From NCBI GenBank assembly GCA_041287245.1, contig JBEULP010000108.1:27860-91859 (forward strand): a DNA stretch of 64,000 nt. The letters run 5' to 3'. The DNA is from Infirmifilum sp. (GTDB taxonomy: Archaea > Thermoproteota > Thermoprotei > Thermofilales > Thermofilaceae). Every line of letters starts with the position of its first letter. Position 1 is the stretch's first letter. Below the pieces are notes generated by a model, which was not told where the DNA came from, searched no databases, and saw only the letters and a program-made list of their open reading frames with translations. Shown here piece by piece: positions 9,601 to 18,551 of this stretch. The position numbers and the translations under genes are program-made.

Positions 9601-10048
9601 CGGTTACGGCAACATGAGGATCAGGCCTTTCGGACTCGACCCAGATGTCTGGGTTGTTGGCGCAGGCGCCAAGCACGCTAAAGCGGTTCTATTCAACGTT
9701 CTCCCCAGAATAATGGACCTATTAGCCCCGACGGCACAAGATCAATACGCGCAGCTTAACTCCTATGTGGCTGATAAGAACGGCACCCTGGCGAAAATAC
9801 ACGGTGTCTCAAGCGCCGCAACGACTCCCCCGCAGCAGTGCGTCTGTCCACAGCCTCAACAGCCAACGTGTCCAACCAACCAGACTGCCCAGCAACCCAC
9901 CTGCCCGCCCTGTCCCGCGGTAACCCAGCAGCCATCTATCAGCTACCAGGAGCTCTACCGCTCGCTTATAGTAGGCTTATTGGCCGGTGCGCTCATCGGC
10001 GTCGCTACTGCTCTATTAATTAGGCGCGAAGGTAAAAAACAAGTCTAA
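6665..10048 (+). CDS. apu: GH57 amylopullulanase, membrane-anchored, with DOMON-like domain
   Basis: WHYHQP, YSHPLAP, GIWPAEQAV (nucleophile E), ALDGENPWE (acid/base D) and AEASDWTWW; DPTGDDDGAGGYKYP DOMON domain; signal peptide and C-terminal TM; TTG start with GAGGTGA RBS. Confidence 0.92.
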   Translation: MSLHKNIVGVFLLLVLITTVLTPVLAQQQSNPLYVAFIWHYHQPWYYDVSGSYFILPWTRMHTVGNYYKMAYILSKYPNIKVTFTFSGSLIQQIIDYNNGVKDYRQMLSEKIAQGQSLTVDEKFAMLSIPNGFFDVNWNRIVNVVPRFRELRDKAQSALSRYVSLPEREFKTRVVAEFSDQDFLDLAVLFNLFWIDPEVLREQYPDVYQLRQQAVNGASGFTRQQLQMVLNVHKDLLAKVLPFYANLARKAQIELIPVPYSHPLAPILADFGLIDDVKLHVSLSTSLFQKVFGYKPVGIWPAEQAVNGLVLSVFAGEGYTWTVTDGTLLGKAGLNPSDPSVGMKAWYATPNGSKIYVFFRNTELSNLISFQYSNQDPRQAAQDLLNRLLNMAKQSDGTNIVVIALDGENPWENYQEFGDTFLESLYSGLSDLQSKGLIITITPQEYLSKLSHSARELPLKTYRYLDLAGRDISDIPLNPTDDAYSILPRRNVTSQIPEGSWAGGELTIWIGQRQENAAWMLLIKTRQDVLRALGVKSLKEALTVNPKATEDILRAEASDWTWWYGGDGGGTFPANPLYKGYLTRAYIDAGLTPPDYLVAQFNPDATPAGVLNTNYPKPPTTEPSLDGKFKTGEWAGALNASLGDKLFTNILVWPSSRGLYIAAIPTSKATLGDPSVAIAIYTTSNIRSVSPYHPGFNSYPRYSKTDIGMGLFYEILIYPANKSMVISAADGNEKWTPLFYMNAAVDDVIEVFVPWTSIGLSQGELFYLTAASYKSLSLQDTASRLGSVYQLVVPRATALGAGAKVVFDMNDPTGDDDGAGGYKYPKADVFVPGVFDLTRFRVVDQGSTLRFEVYVKDLGGNPWGGPNGFCLQYPHIYIHTTSKMPGRTDTFGLNVNLTADSAWHIAILLAPGWGSDPVPNGEKSAIYFADGSVIVQDDKFKVYADPATNSIVAEVAKDVLPDADNASKWVYTVAVTSFDGYGNMRIRPFGLDPDVWVVGAGAKHAKAVLFNVLPRIMDLLAPTAQDQYAQLNSYVADKNGTLAKIHGVSSAATTPPQQCVCPQPQQPTCPTNQTAQQPTCPPCPAVTQQPSISYQELYRSLIVGLLAGALIGVATALLIRREGKKQV

Positions 10049-12108
10049 AAGACTTTCTTTTTATATAGCAACCTCCACTCGTTTGTTCCAAGCTTAAGCG
10101 TTTCTACGTGTTCTCCACTCCACATGTCTATATGCTCACCTGGAAGCTCAACAAGGATTTTTTCACCAGTATTGAGGAACAGGCTAACCTGCTCCTCACC
10201 CCACCATCTGTACACGGCTACAGCGCTCTCGCTTAGGGCATCTGCGTCAAAGAAGCCGTAGCGTAAAGGCTTGGTTTCACGTCGAAGAAGAGCAAGCCGT
10301 CTTATTAAACAGTGAAGCCGCCTATTCCACTTTTGCTCGTCCCACACCATTGGAAGCCTGTTATCAGGATCTGGGCCGCCTTGCATACCGATCTCATCGC
10401 CATAATAGATAGCGGGGGAACCAGGCAAAGAAAAGAGAAGCACGTACAGGGGCTCCAGGCACTCGCCATTACACCTCTCAGCTAGAGTGGCGATACGCGG
10501 CGTATCATGGCTACCGAGTAGATTATACATGGCGTTTGCACTAAAGAGAGGAATATTAACGTAAAGCTCCTTTAACCCCTTGACAAGCTCCGGCGCTCTA
10601 ATCCTTCTATACAAGAGGAAATCCAGGAGAAGCTCTCTCAGGTCGTAATTCATTGCTGAGTCGCCTGTCAACCCGTATGGGTAAAAATTAGCCCCCTTGC
10701 TCACCTCCAGTATGACCACCGCGTCTTTTCTCTTCTTGATGTTTTCGTAGAGCTGAGTTAGAGCTTGGTCGGGAATAGCATGGCCAACGTCAATTCTAAT
10801 GCCTGACGCCCCTTTCTCAAGCCAGAAAAGGGCTATATCTTTTAGCCTTTCCACAACTTCATCATTGCTATAGTTCAGCTTAGCCATGCCCCAGTTGCAA
10901 AAGAAAGTCTCGTAAAACGGCCTTTTGCCTCTAAGATGCGCAGGGAATTCCTTGCAACCCTCTTTCACGAACATCTTGAGAGCTTTTTCATCCTCGCTGC
11001 TCGCGGAACTGTGAAACCTGAACCATTTTCGTCGCGGGGATTCTGGGTTGAGAAGTGCATCTGTGAACTCTGCACTGCAGGGGGAGGCGTGGTGCGCCAC
11101 AATGTCAACTACCAAGTGGATCCCCTTCTCACGGGCTTTTTCGACAAGCTCGGCCCACTCTTCCCAGGAGCCCAGGTCGGGGTCAATGCTCTTGTGGTTG
11201 ATCACGTCATACCTGTGGTAGCTTTTGGCTTCGTAGATGGGTGTGAGGTATATCGCTTCGATTCCCAGGGAGTGCAGGTAGTCAAGGCTTTCCGTTATAT
11301 CTTTTAGCTTTCCCCCAAGCTTTATCTTAGGCCTGTTGTTTTCATGTGGGAGAGGTCTACGCGTAAAACTATCTGGGAAGATAAGGTAATAATTGCACCC
11401 GTAGTACCACTCTGCGCTCTCAATGCTGGTGACTCGCCCCGGAGTTATGTATTCCTCATCTCCCAGCCCATTCTTTCCATAATATATTTTCTCACCGCTT
11501 GACTCTAGGATAAACCTATATGCGGTTATTTTTCCCGGAATCACTCCCTGGAAATAATCCACATAATCGTTGCTGTGAAATCTACTCATCTCGTTGATCT
11601 TGCCATTAACACCTTCAATGTAAACTCTTTCAAGTAACCCCCGGGGCGCCTTAATCCGGGTGACTGTGTAGCCTAGGAAATAGCTTATAAAGGCTGGGTC
11701 TCTCTCATCGTGAACAACCAGCTCCCACGGCAGCGCACCTCCATTCTGAGCCGACCTGTACTCTTGAAGGCCCACCTCGGCTATCGAGTACTCCTCTATC
11801 CCTTCGCTATCAGGCCATAACCGTAAATTAGCTTTTCTCGGATTTTCTGCATCAATCGTAGAATACCCACAAGTTGAAGCAAACCTATAAGGGTATGTCC
11901 CCTCCCAGAGCGATACTATAACTCGTCCCCTATCTCCTTCACGTGTAAGCTCGACTCTACCTGGAAAAAACGAGGTAAAGCTGGATACCAAGTATAGGTG
12001 GTCTATTCCTGGTGGCCAGGGGTGCGTGAACTCCACTAGATATTTTCCAAGACGTTTTTCAGCCAGCCGCTCACGCCCTATAATCTTATACAAGCTTCTT
12101 CCCGACAC
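10045..12108 (-). CDS. GH13 cyclomaltodextrinase/maltogenic amylase (neopullulanase subfamily) with N-terminal CBM48-like domain
   Basis: YHRYD, DIVAHH, GIRIDVGH, ILEVS, LLGSHD and YYGDEIGM...DPDNR conserved regions. Confidence 0.88.
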   Translation of the reverse strand: MSGRSLYKIIGRERLAEKRLGKYLVEFTHPWPPGIDHLYLVSSFTSFFPGRVELTREGDRGRVIVSLWEGTYPYRFASTCGYSTIDAENPRKANLRLWPDSEGIEEYSIAEVGLQEYRSAQNGGALPWELVVHDERDPAFISYFLGYTVTRIKAPRGLLERVYIEGVNGKINEMSRFHSNDYVDYFQGVIPGKITAYRFILESSGEKIYYGKNGLGDEEYITPGRVTSIESAEWYYGCNYYLIFPDSFTRRPLPHENNRPKIKLGGKLKDITESLDYLHSLGIEAIYLTPIYEAKSYHRYDVINHKSIDPDLGSWEEWAELVEKAREKGIHLVVDIVAHHASPCSAEFTDALLNPESPRRKWFRFHSSASSEDEKALKMFVKEGCKEFPAHLRGKRPFYETFFCNWGMAKLNYSNDEVVERLKDIALFWLEKGASGIRIDVGHAIPDQALTQLYENIKKRKDAVVILEVSKGANFYPYGLTGDSAMNYDLRELLLDFLLYRRIRAPELVKGLKELYVNIPLFSANAMYNLLGSHDTPRIATLAERCNGECLEPLYVLLFSLPGSPAIYYGDEIGMQGGPDPDNRLPMVWDEQKWNRRLHCLIRRLALLRRETKPLRYGFFDADALSESAVAVYRWWGEEQVSLFLNTGEKILVELPGEHIDMWSGEHVETLKLGTNEWRLLYKKKVF

Positions 12109-12242
12109 CCCAAGGAAGGAGAAGTTATAAGAGTTTAGTATTCAGGGAGAATAATATATTTGCTTTTAAGAAGTATTCAAAAAACTTATGTAGAAATGCT
12201 TATAATAAAACAAGGACAAATGTAGATTGCAGGTGAAAACTT

Positions 12243-13739
12243 TTGAAGAGAGCAATCGGTCGCAACGTACTGATAGCGATAATTCTTGTTCTTGTAGCCG
12301 TGGGAATAATAATCTTCTATCAGCTAAGCCTACCCCCAACACAGCCCTCCCAGCCTAGCCAGCCTTCTCAACCCTCTCAGCCTTCTCAACCAAGCCAGCC
12401 TTCCCAGCCCAGTCAGCCTTCGCAGCCAACAAATGCTACACAGCCGCAACAACCTCCACCCTCAACGCTACAGACTATAACTATCGGGACAAGCACTATC
12501 AGGGTTCCCAACGACTTTTATGACTTTGTATCAAAGGTCAAGTCTGGACAGCTAAAAGTTACGATAAACTTCTGGACCGGGATGAGCCAGTGGGAAGTAG
12601 ATGTTATGAAGAATGTGCTAAACAAGTTCCAACAAGAGTATCCCGGGATAACCGTCAAGTATACCAACGTTCAGAACCTCAAGGAACAGGTTAAGGCTGG
12701 AGTACTCACGGGCGACGTAGAAAACACAGCTCATGTTTTCACATGGGCCCACGATTGGACCGGAGACCTTGCAGACAGCGGAACAATTATAGCCCTGGAC
12801 AAGTACCTCCCGCCTGAGACCCTGGTGGATTTGAAGGGCCAGTATATGTCTTCTGCCTACCTAAGCGGCATGTACAAGCTCCACCTTTATGGCCTGCCGT
12901 GGGCCGCCGAGGCCATAGCTCTAGTCTGCAACAAGGATCTCGTGCCAAATGCCCCGCAAACCTGGGGTGACTATGAGAAGATAATGCAGCAGTGGTACAA
13001 CCCGTCAAAGAACACTTACGGGATAGCTTACCAGATTGACCCGTACCACGTCTACCCGTTTGTCACGGCATTTGGAGGATACTACTACGACGAGGATAAA
13101 AATACAGTGGGCGTGAACTCCACTGGAACCCTCAATGGGCTTACCTTCTACGTCACACACGTAATGAAGTACATGTATACATCTGACGTTGGAATGGAGA
13201 CGCAGCTCAAAATACTCCTTGAGGGTAGAACACCCTGCATGGTCACAGGCCCCTGGAACATTCCGACGATAAAGCAGACGATAAAGAACGTCGTCGTCTA
13301 CTCCATACCGCCCATCGATGGTAAGACCCCCAAGCCGTTCTCAGGCGTGAAGCAGCTCTGGATAACCAAGGTGGTCGAGGGCGACAAGAACAGGCTATAT
13401 GCCTCCATACTCTTCACAATGTGGTTCACGCTCAACGACGACACATTGAAGACTCTCGTCGACGCTGGCTACATACCGGTCAAACTCTCAATCCTCCAGT
13501 ACCTGCAGTCTAATGCTGACAAGTATCCTACTATACTCGGCTTCGCACAGGCCGTTTCAAACAGCATACCGATGCCGAAGTCTGCCAACATGAACTACGT
13601 GTGGAGCCCTGTGAGCGACGCTCTGAACGCTATTGTTACGAAATACAACGAAGCTGGCCCCGACGCCGCTGTGAGCATCATTCCGCAGTTGCTTAATGAC
13701 GCACAAGCAAAGATTATATCCAAGATAAGCGGGCAGTAA
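12243..13739 (+). CDS. malE: Maltose/maltodextrin ABC transporter substrate-binding protein
   Basis: FTWAHDW, YGLPWAAEAIAL, TGPWN and KPFSGVK motifs; N-terminal TM and a Q/P/S linker. Confidence 0.85.
   Translation: MKRAIGRNVLIAIILVLVAVGIIIFYQLSLPPTQPSQPSQPSQPSQPSQPSQPSQPSQPSQPTNATQPQQPPPSTLQTITIGTSTIRVPNDFYDFVSKVKSGQLKVTINFWTGMSQWEVDVMKNVLNKFQQEYPGITVKYTNVQNLKEQVKAGVLTGDVENTAHVFTWAHDWTGDLADSGTIIALDKYLPPETLVDLKGQYMSSAYLSGMYKLHLYGLPWAAEAIALVCNKDLVPNAPQTWGDYEKIMQQWYNPSKNTYGIAYQIDPYHVYPFVTAFGGYYYDEDKNTVGVNSTGTLNGLTFYVTHVMKYMYTSDVGMETQLKILLEGRTPCMVTGPWNIPTIKQTIKNVVVYSIPPIDGKTPKPFSGVKQLWITKVVEGDKNRLYASILFTMWFTLNDDTLKTLVDAGYIPVKLSILQYLQSNADKYPTILGFAQAVSNSIPMPKSANMNYVWSPVSDALNAIVTKYNEAGPDAAVSIIPQLLNDAQAKIISKISGQ
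12342..12428 (+). repeat. Coding tandem repeat (Gln-Pro-Ser)x9 plus Gln-Pro linker
   Basis: 9-nt period CARCCNWSN with synonymous variation inside the malE linker. Confidence 0.9.
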
Positions 13740-13765
13740 GCCCCTTCAAAAATAAGGTGTTTTTT

Positions 13766-15238
13766 ATGCCGAAGACTAAGACAAGCCTATACCCCACAAA
13801 GATAGCTTTCTCACTCATTATTCTAAGCCTAGCCATGTACCTTTTCTTCTCGCTATGGCCAATAGCATACTCCATCTACGTAGCATTCACAGACGCTAAC
13901 AACTTCAACATCGCATCGGAGCCCCGTATACGCGAGTTGCAAGCCCAGAAGGCAGCAGTCGCGAACTATTTGTACAGTAACAGGGATAAAGTTCTAACAC
14001 AGGTTTCTCGGGCTGAAAACTACCTATCCACAAGTATATCCGCTCTCCAAGAGTTGAAGTCCCTTATTCTCTACTCTACGCCTCAAAACTTCTCATCCAG
14101 TAGGCTAGCACAGATAAGGGGTAGGGTGGACGATGCCCTTATCTATGTAACAAGCATAGTAAAGAGCAACACCACCTTCCTCTACTACTACCAGGGGCTC
14201 GGAGACAACCTGACGCGAGCCGTCACACTCATCGATGGCGACATCTGGAGCTCGATAGACCAGATCGTAGGTTTCAAACTTGCGCTGTCCCAGGATGATC
14301 TACAACAACTCAAGACAAAAGTTGCCCCGAAAGTAGATCAGGCTATTAGCCTACTACAGACATGCCTCCAGCTTGTAAAAACCGTCGAGTCCAACTATGA
14401 CCTGCTAGTGAGCTCCGCGACGCGAGGGCTCGACGAAGAGATCGACAGGATCTCGCTACACTTCGTGGGTCTGGCTAACTTCCAGATCCTTTTCTCAGAC
14501 TCTCGCTTCCCCTACAGTATATTCAAGACACTTCTCTTCGTAATTACAAGTGTTCCCATCAAGGTGCTGGCTGGCGTATCCCTAGCCTTCCTATTTTCAA
14601 GCCCCCTTATTTACGGGCGCAAGGTTATGAGGGCTCTCCTACTCATTCCCTGGGCTTTGCCAATCCTACTTTCTGTCACAACCTGGAGAATGATAATGGC
14701 CCCTGGGATGGGCCCCCTCGCCAACTACCTAAGTAGCATCGGTGTCGATATCAACATATATAATAGGGAGTGGGATGCATTCCTAGCATACAACATCGTT
14801 GAAATGTGGCTTGCCTATCCGTTCATCATGACAGTTACGATGGCTGCTATAGCCTCAATACCTAAGGAGCTTTTAGAGTCAGCTTTGGTCGACGGGGCTA
14901 GTGTTTGGGAACGCTTCAAGAGTATAATGCTCCCGTTAACATCCCGGCCAATCCTCTTTGCCAGCATTTTGACAGCTGGAGCGTCGCTCCAAGCTTTCAT
15001 GGTGCCTCTACTCATAAATAACGGCGGGCCCACGAAGGAGATCCAGTTCCTTGGGCTTCCAAGGACAACAGGCGGGGTTAACGAGATGATGGTTCTCTTC
15101 GGCTATAACAGGGCATACCTTGACCAACAATATGGGTTGTCAGCAGCGTCTTACCTCGTAGTAGTTCTCATACTTCTAGTATATGCAATCGGCTGGTACT
15201 ATCTTATTTATAAGAGAAGCACTCCGGGTGGAGTATGA
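13766..15238 (+). CDS. malF: Maltodextrin ABC permease with large extracytoplasmic loop
   Basis: FVGLANF, LLIPWALP and the EAA-type loop ESALVDGAS; in an operon with malE. Confidence 0.85.
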   Translation: MPKTKTSLYPTKIAFSLIILSLAMYLFFSLWPIAYSIYVAFTDANNFNIASEPRIRELQAQKAAVANYLYSNRDKVLTQVSRAENYLSTSISALQELKSLILYSTPQNFSSSRLAQIRGRVDDALIYVTSIVKSNTTFLYYYQGLGDNLTRAVTLIDGDIWSSIDQIVGFKLALSQDDLQQLKTKVAPKVDQAISLLQTCLQLVKTVESNYDLLVSSATRGLDEEIDRISLHFVGLANFQILFSDSRFPYSIFKTLLFVITSVPIKVLAGVSLAFLFSSPLIYGRKVMRALLLIPWALPILLSVTTWRMIMAPGMGPLANYLSSIGVDINIYNREWDAFLAYNIVEMWLAYPFIMTVTMAAIASIPKELLESALVDGASVWERFKSIMLPLTSRPILFASILTAGASLQAFMVPLLINNGGPTKEIQFLGLPRTTGGVNEMMVLFGYNRAYLDQQYGLSAASYLVVVLILLVYAIGWYYLIYKRSTPGGV

Positions 15239-16098
15239 TGGGTCCGGCAAGTTCACAATTGGCGAGATTCGCAGGCGCCATCGTCCTCACAACAGTATCT
15301 CTGCTTGTAGTCTTTATCCTACTCTACCCTGTGCTTTTCGCAGTTCTGTCGAGCATCGTCAAGGGACAGATGATTATAACCGACCCGCTACAGGTCCTCA
15401 GCATTGGTGTCTCAGCTGAGCACTATGTAAAGGCGGTTAGCGATCCACGTTTCATTAGTGCTACAGGACTCAGCCTGGTAGTCGCCCTAGCCAACATCGT
15501 TTTCGCACTTGTCGTCATAACGCCAGCGGCTTACGCTTTTTCAAGGTTCAAGTTTCCAGGTAGAGATGCGTTGCTCGTAGCATACTTAGTCCTTAACCAG
15601 GTGGGAGGGGGGTTTGGCGTCGCAGCTGTCATTGCCCTCTACGTTATGCTCCTAAAGCTCAACCAGATCGGTCTCCCAGTCATAGGAAACCCTGTAATCC
15701 TTGCGGCCATCTATACAGCAGGCGCCGTACCCTTCCAAACCTGGATGGTGAAGAACTACCTGGACGCTCTCCCAAGGGAGATAGATGAGTCCGCATTTAT
15801 AGACGGGGCCAGCTGGAGGCAAGTAATATTTGAAGTTGTACTCCCGGCTTCTAAGCCTACAATGATTGTAATCGCGCTCTTCGCGTTCATGGGCGCGTGG
15901 GGAGAGTTCATCGTAGCTAATTTCCTGAGAGTCGAAACGCTGGCAGCTTACGTTTACGAAACCGCCACAGGACAAACTATATTCTGGAGCGACTTCGCAG
16001 CCAGGACAATCCTTTTTGCCCTGCCTATAATAGCCATTTACGTCTTCACCCAGAAATACATAGGCGAAGCAATGAGATACGGAGCGGGAAAGCTCTAA
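15235..16098 (+). CDS. malG: Maltodextrin ABC permease
   Basis: AAYAFSRFKFPG and DESAFIDGAS; ATGA overlap with malF. Confidence 0.85.
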   Translation: MMGPASSQLARFAGAIVLTTVSLLVVFILLYPVLFAVLSSIVKGQMIITDPLQVLSIGVSAEHYVKAVSDPRFISATGLSLVVALANIVFALVVITPAAYAFSRFKFPGRDALLVAYLVLNQVGGGFGVAAVIALYVMLLKLNQIGLPVIGNPVILAAIYTAGAVPFQTWMVKNYLDALPREIDESAFIDGASWRQVIFEVVLPASKPTMIVIALFAFMGAWGEFIVANFLRVETLAAYVYETATGQTIFWSDFAARTILFALPIIAIYVFTQKYIGEAMRYGAGKL

Positions 16099-16169
16099 AA
16101 AGTGAATTAGTATTTTATCTTCCTTTAAAACCTTTAACTTCTCTCTACGTGAAAATTTTCCTCTGGGAA

Positions 16170-17105
16170 TTAAGGGGATTCCTCAACCCTAACCCTGACA
16201 TACCTGAGAGCACCGCGACGGTATATCTTTAGCTCAGCGTAGCCGCCGGGCCCGACTTCTCTCAGCACATTAAGCAAGTCTGAGACTCCTGAAAGTTTTT
16301 TCCCGGAGGCCTCAAGAATAATGTCTCCAGGACGGATCCCAGCCTTGTGAGCGGGTCCCCCTGGTACTATGCGCATGACTAGAACTCCCCCAGGCTCCCT
16401 CAAGCCGAGCTGCAGAGCCACAAGCTGGGTTACGTCTAGACCGAATATTCCTATCCAAGGCCTGGTTATCCGCCCGTACTTCCTTACTTGTTCTAGCCCC
16501 CACTTTACCTCATTTACAGGAATAGCGAAGCCAATGCCCTGTGCGAAGGGGATGACCGCAGTAGTGATTCCTATAACCTCTCCGTCAAGGTTTACCAGCG
16601 GCCCACCACTGTTACCTGGATTGATAGCAGCGTCCGTCTGAATCATGTTCTCGTAGACTTTCCCCTCGACCCGCAGAGTTCTTTTAACGCCACTCACAAC
16701 CCCGAAAGTCAGAGAAGGTCCTCCGAGAATCTGCCCAAACGGGTTTCCGATGGCTAGAACAATCTGTCCTATCTTCACATTGTCACTGTCTCCAAGCCTA
16801 GCCGGCTTAAAGTCATCTCCCTCGACCCTGATAAACGCAATATCCCACTGAGGATCCTCAGCTAAAACCTCGGCTGGAAGGCTCTCACCATTTGGCGTGG
16901 TTACTGTTATTCTTTCAAACCCCTCTACAACGTGCGAGTTAGTCGCAATGATCCCAGATGAGTCAACGACAACGCCCGAGCCGAAGCCTGTAATAGGGGC
17001 GTGTGTGAATAGGAAGTCCACTATGCGGAGGGCTGAAACGCCTGTAACGCTCGGAATAATCTCCTCATAGATACGGGTTATCCTTTCCTGCAGAGCTTCA
17101 ACCAT
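16170..17105 (-). CDS. HtrA/DegS-like trypsin serine protease with PDZ domain (no signal peptide)
   Basis: GSGVVV, TNSHV, DIAFI, QTDAAINPGNSGGPL and a C-terminal PDZ (GPAHKAGIRPGDII). Confidence 0.9.
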   Translation of the reverse strand: MVEALQERITRIYEEIIPSVTGVSALRIVDFLFTHAPITGFGSGVVVDSSGIIATNSHVVEGFERITVTTPNGESLPAEVLAEDPQWDIAFIRVEGDDFKPARLGDSDNVKIGQIVLAIGNPFGQILGGPSLTFGVVSGVKRTLRVEGKVYENMIQTDAAINPGNSGGPLVNLDGEVIGITTAVIPFAQGIGFAIPVNEVKWGLEQVRKYGRITRPWIGIFGLDVTQLVALQLGLREPGGVLVMRIVPGGPAHKAGIRPGDIILEASGKKLSGVSDLLNVLREVGPGGYAELKIYRRGALRYVRVRVEESP

Positions 17106-17218
17106 ACACCTTATGTAGCATGCTATTTATAAAAAATCTTTCCAGCCAGGGCTACCGATTACATCCAATTCTTAAGTCATATTTTTTAACTCCCTCCACC
17201 ATTCAGATAATGACGTGC

Positions 17219-18550
17219 ATGCCCGAAGAGTTTGAACCATACCCCGAATTCGTAAAGTGGGACCATATCCCAGACCTCGAAAGAGAGGTTGTAGTTACAT
17301 TCCGCCTTGTCCCCGGGGAGGGTTTCACCGTGGACGATGCTGCAGGAGCTGTTGCCGCAGAAAGCAGCGTCGGGACTTGGACTACACTCTACGAGTGGTA
17401 CGACAAGAGCCGGATTAACAGTTTGAAGGGCAAAGCGTATCAGAAAAAGCCCCTGCCAGACGGGTCTTTCCTTGTCCGAGTTGCTTACCCGGTAGAGCTT
17501 TTCGAGGAAGGGAACATGCCTGCATTTCTAGCATCAGTTGCTGGCAATATTTTCGGCATGAAACGCGTAAAGTCTCTAAGGGTTGAGGACATATATCTAC
17601 CTAAGCCATTCCTTGACTTTTTCAAAGGACCATCTAAGGGAATACCGGGTATACGCGAAGTTATGCGTATCTCAAGGAGGCCCATAATAGGTACGGTTCC
17701 CAAGCCTAAGGTCGGTTACTCGCCTGACGAGGTTGAGAGGCTCGCCTACGAACTACTTATAGGCGGTATGGATTATGTTAAGGATGACGAGAACATTGCC
17801 AGCCCAAGCTACTGCAGGTTTGAGGAGAGGGCGAAGGCTATAATGAAGGCGATCGACAGGGCTGAGAGGGAGACGGGCGAGAGAAAAGCCTGGTTTGCAA
17901 ACATCACGGCAGATGTTAGGGAGATGGAGCGAAGGCTGAAGCTCGTAGCAGAGTATGGAAATCCATACGTTATGGTCGATGTGGTAATAACTGGATGGTC
18001 AGCTCTGACATACATCAGAGATCTCGCCGAGGAGTATGGACTAGCTATCCACGGCCACAGAGCCATGCATGCGGCATTCACTCGGAACGAGTATCACGGC
18101 ATATCAATGTTTACCCTTGCGAAGCTCTTCAGAATTATTGGAATAGACCAGCTTCACGTTGGTACACCCGAGGTAGGCAAGCTGGAAGCTAAGGCAGTCG
18201 ACGTTCAGCGCAACGCTCGTGTCCTGAGGGATGCAGCGTATGTCCCGGACTCCGAGGACTTCTTCCATCTTAATCAACCCTTCGGCTCCATGAAACCCTC
18301 CTTCCCCGTGGCAAGCGGTGGGCTACACCCCGGGACTCTCCCGGAGGTCATAAGGAAGATGGGGGAAGACATAGTGATACAAGTTGGCGGTGGTGTTGTC
18401 GGCCACCCAGACGGCCCTAGAGCTGGTGCTGCAGCCGCGAGACAAGCGGTCGAGGCTACGCTTGAGGGAATAGACCTCTCCGAGTACGCAAAAACCCACC
18501 ACGAGCTTGCACGGGCTATCGAGAAATGGGGCTTTGTAAGGCCTGCGTGA
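17219..18550 (+). CDS. rbcL: Ribulose-1,5-bisphosphate carboxylase, archaeal form III
   Basis: AAESSVGTWT, PKPKVG, DYVKDDE, HGHRAMHAA and ASGGLHPG. The start is set at ATG 17219 (MPEEF, 443 aa). Confidence 0.95.
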   Translation: MPEEFEPYPEFVKWDHIPDLEREVVVTFRLVPGEGFTVDDAAGAVAAESSVGTWTTLYEWYDKSRINSLKGKAYQKKPLPDGSFLVRVAYPVELFEEGNMPAFLASVAGNIFGMKRVKSLRVEDIYLPKPFLDFFKGPSKGIPGIREVMRISRRPIIGTVPKPKVGYSPDEVERLAYELLIGGMDYVKDDENIASPSYCRFEERAKAIMKAIDRAERETGERKAWFANITADVREMERRLKLVAEYGNPYVMVDVVITGWSALTYIRDLAEEYGLAIHGHRAMHAAFTRNEYHGISMFTLAKLFRIIGIDQLHVGTPEVGKLEAKAVDVQRNARVLRDAAYVPDSEDFFHLNQPFGSMKPSFPVASGGLHPGTLPEVIRKMGEDIVIQVGGGVVGHPDGPRAGAAAARQAVEATLEGIDLSEYAKTHHELARAIEKWGFVRPA

Positions 18551-18551
18551 A

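Noticed and set aside
12342..12428. QPS repeat as a CRISPR or contingency locus
   Set aside because: It is an in-frame 9-nt unit with synonymous variation, i.e. a protein linker.
17120..17218. N-terminal extension of RuBisCO in the ORF track (similar extensions at 3546, 19654, 25228 and 3479)
   Set aside because: These extensions run through promoter or TATA regions; downstream ATGs match the family N-termini.
17219..18550. RuBisCO as evidence of a Calvin cycle
   Set aside because: Form III enzymes in heterotrophic archaea serve nucleoside/AMP salvage, and no phosphoribulokinase is in the window.
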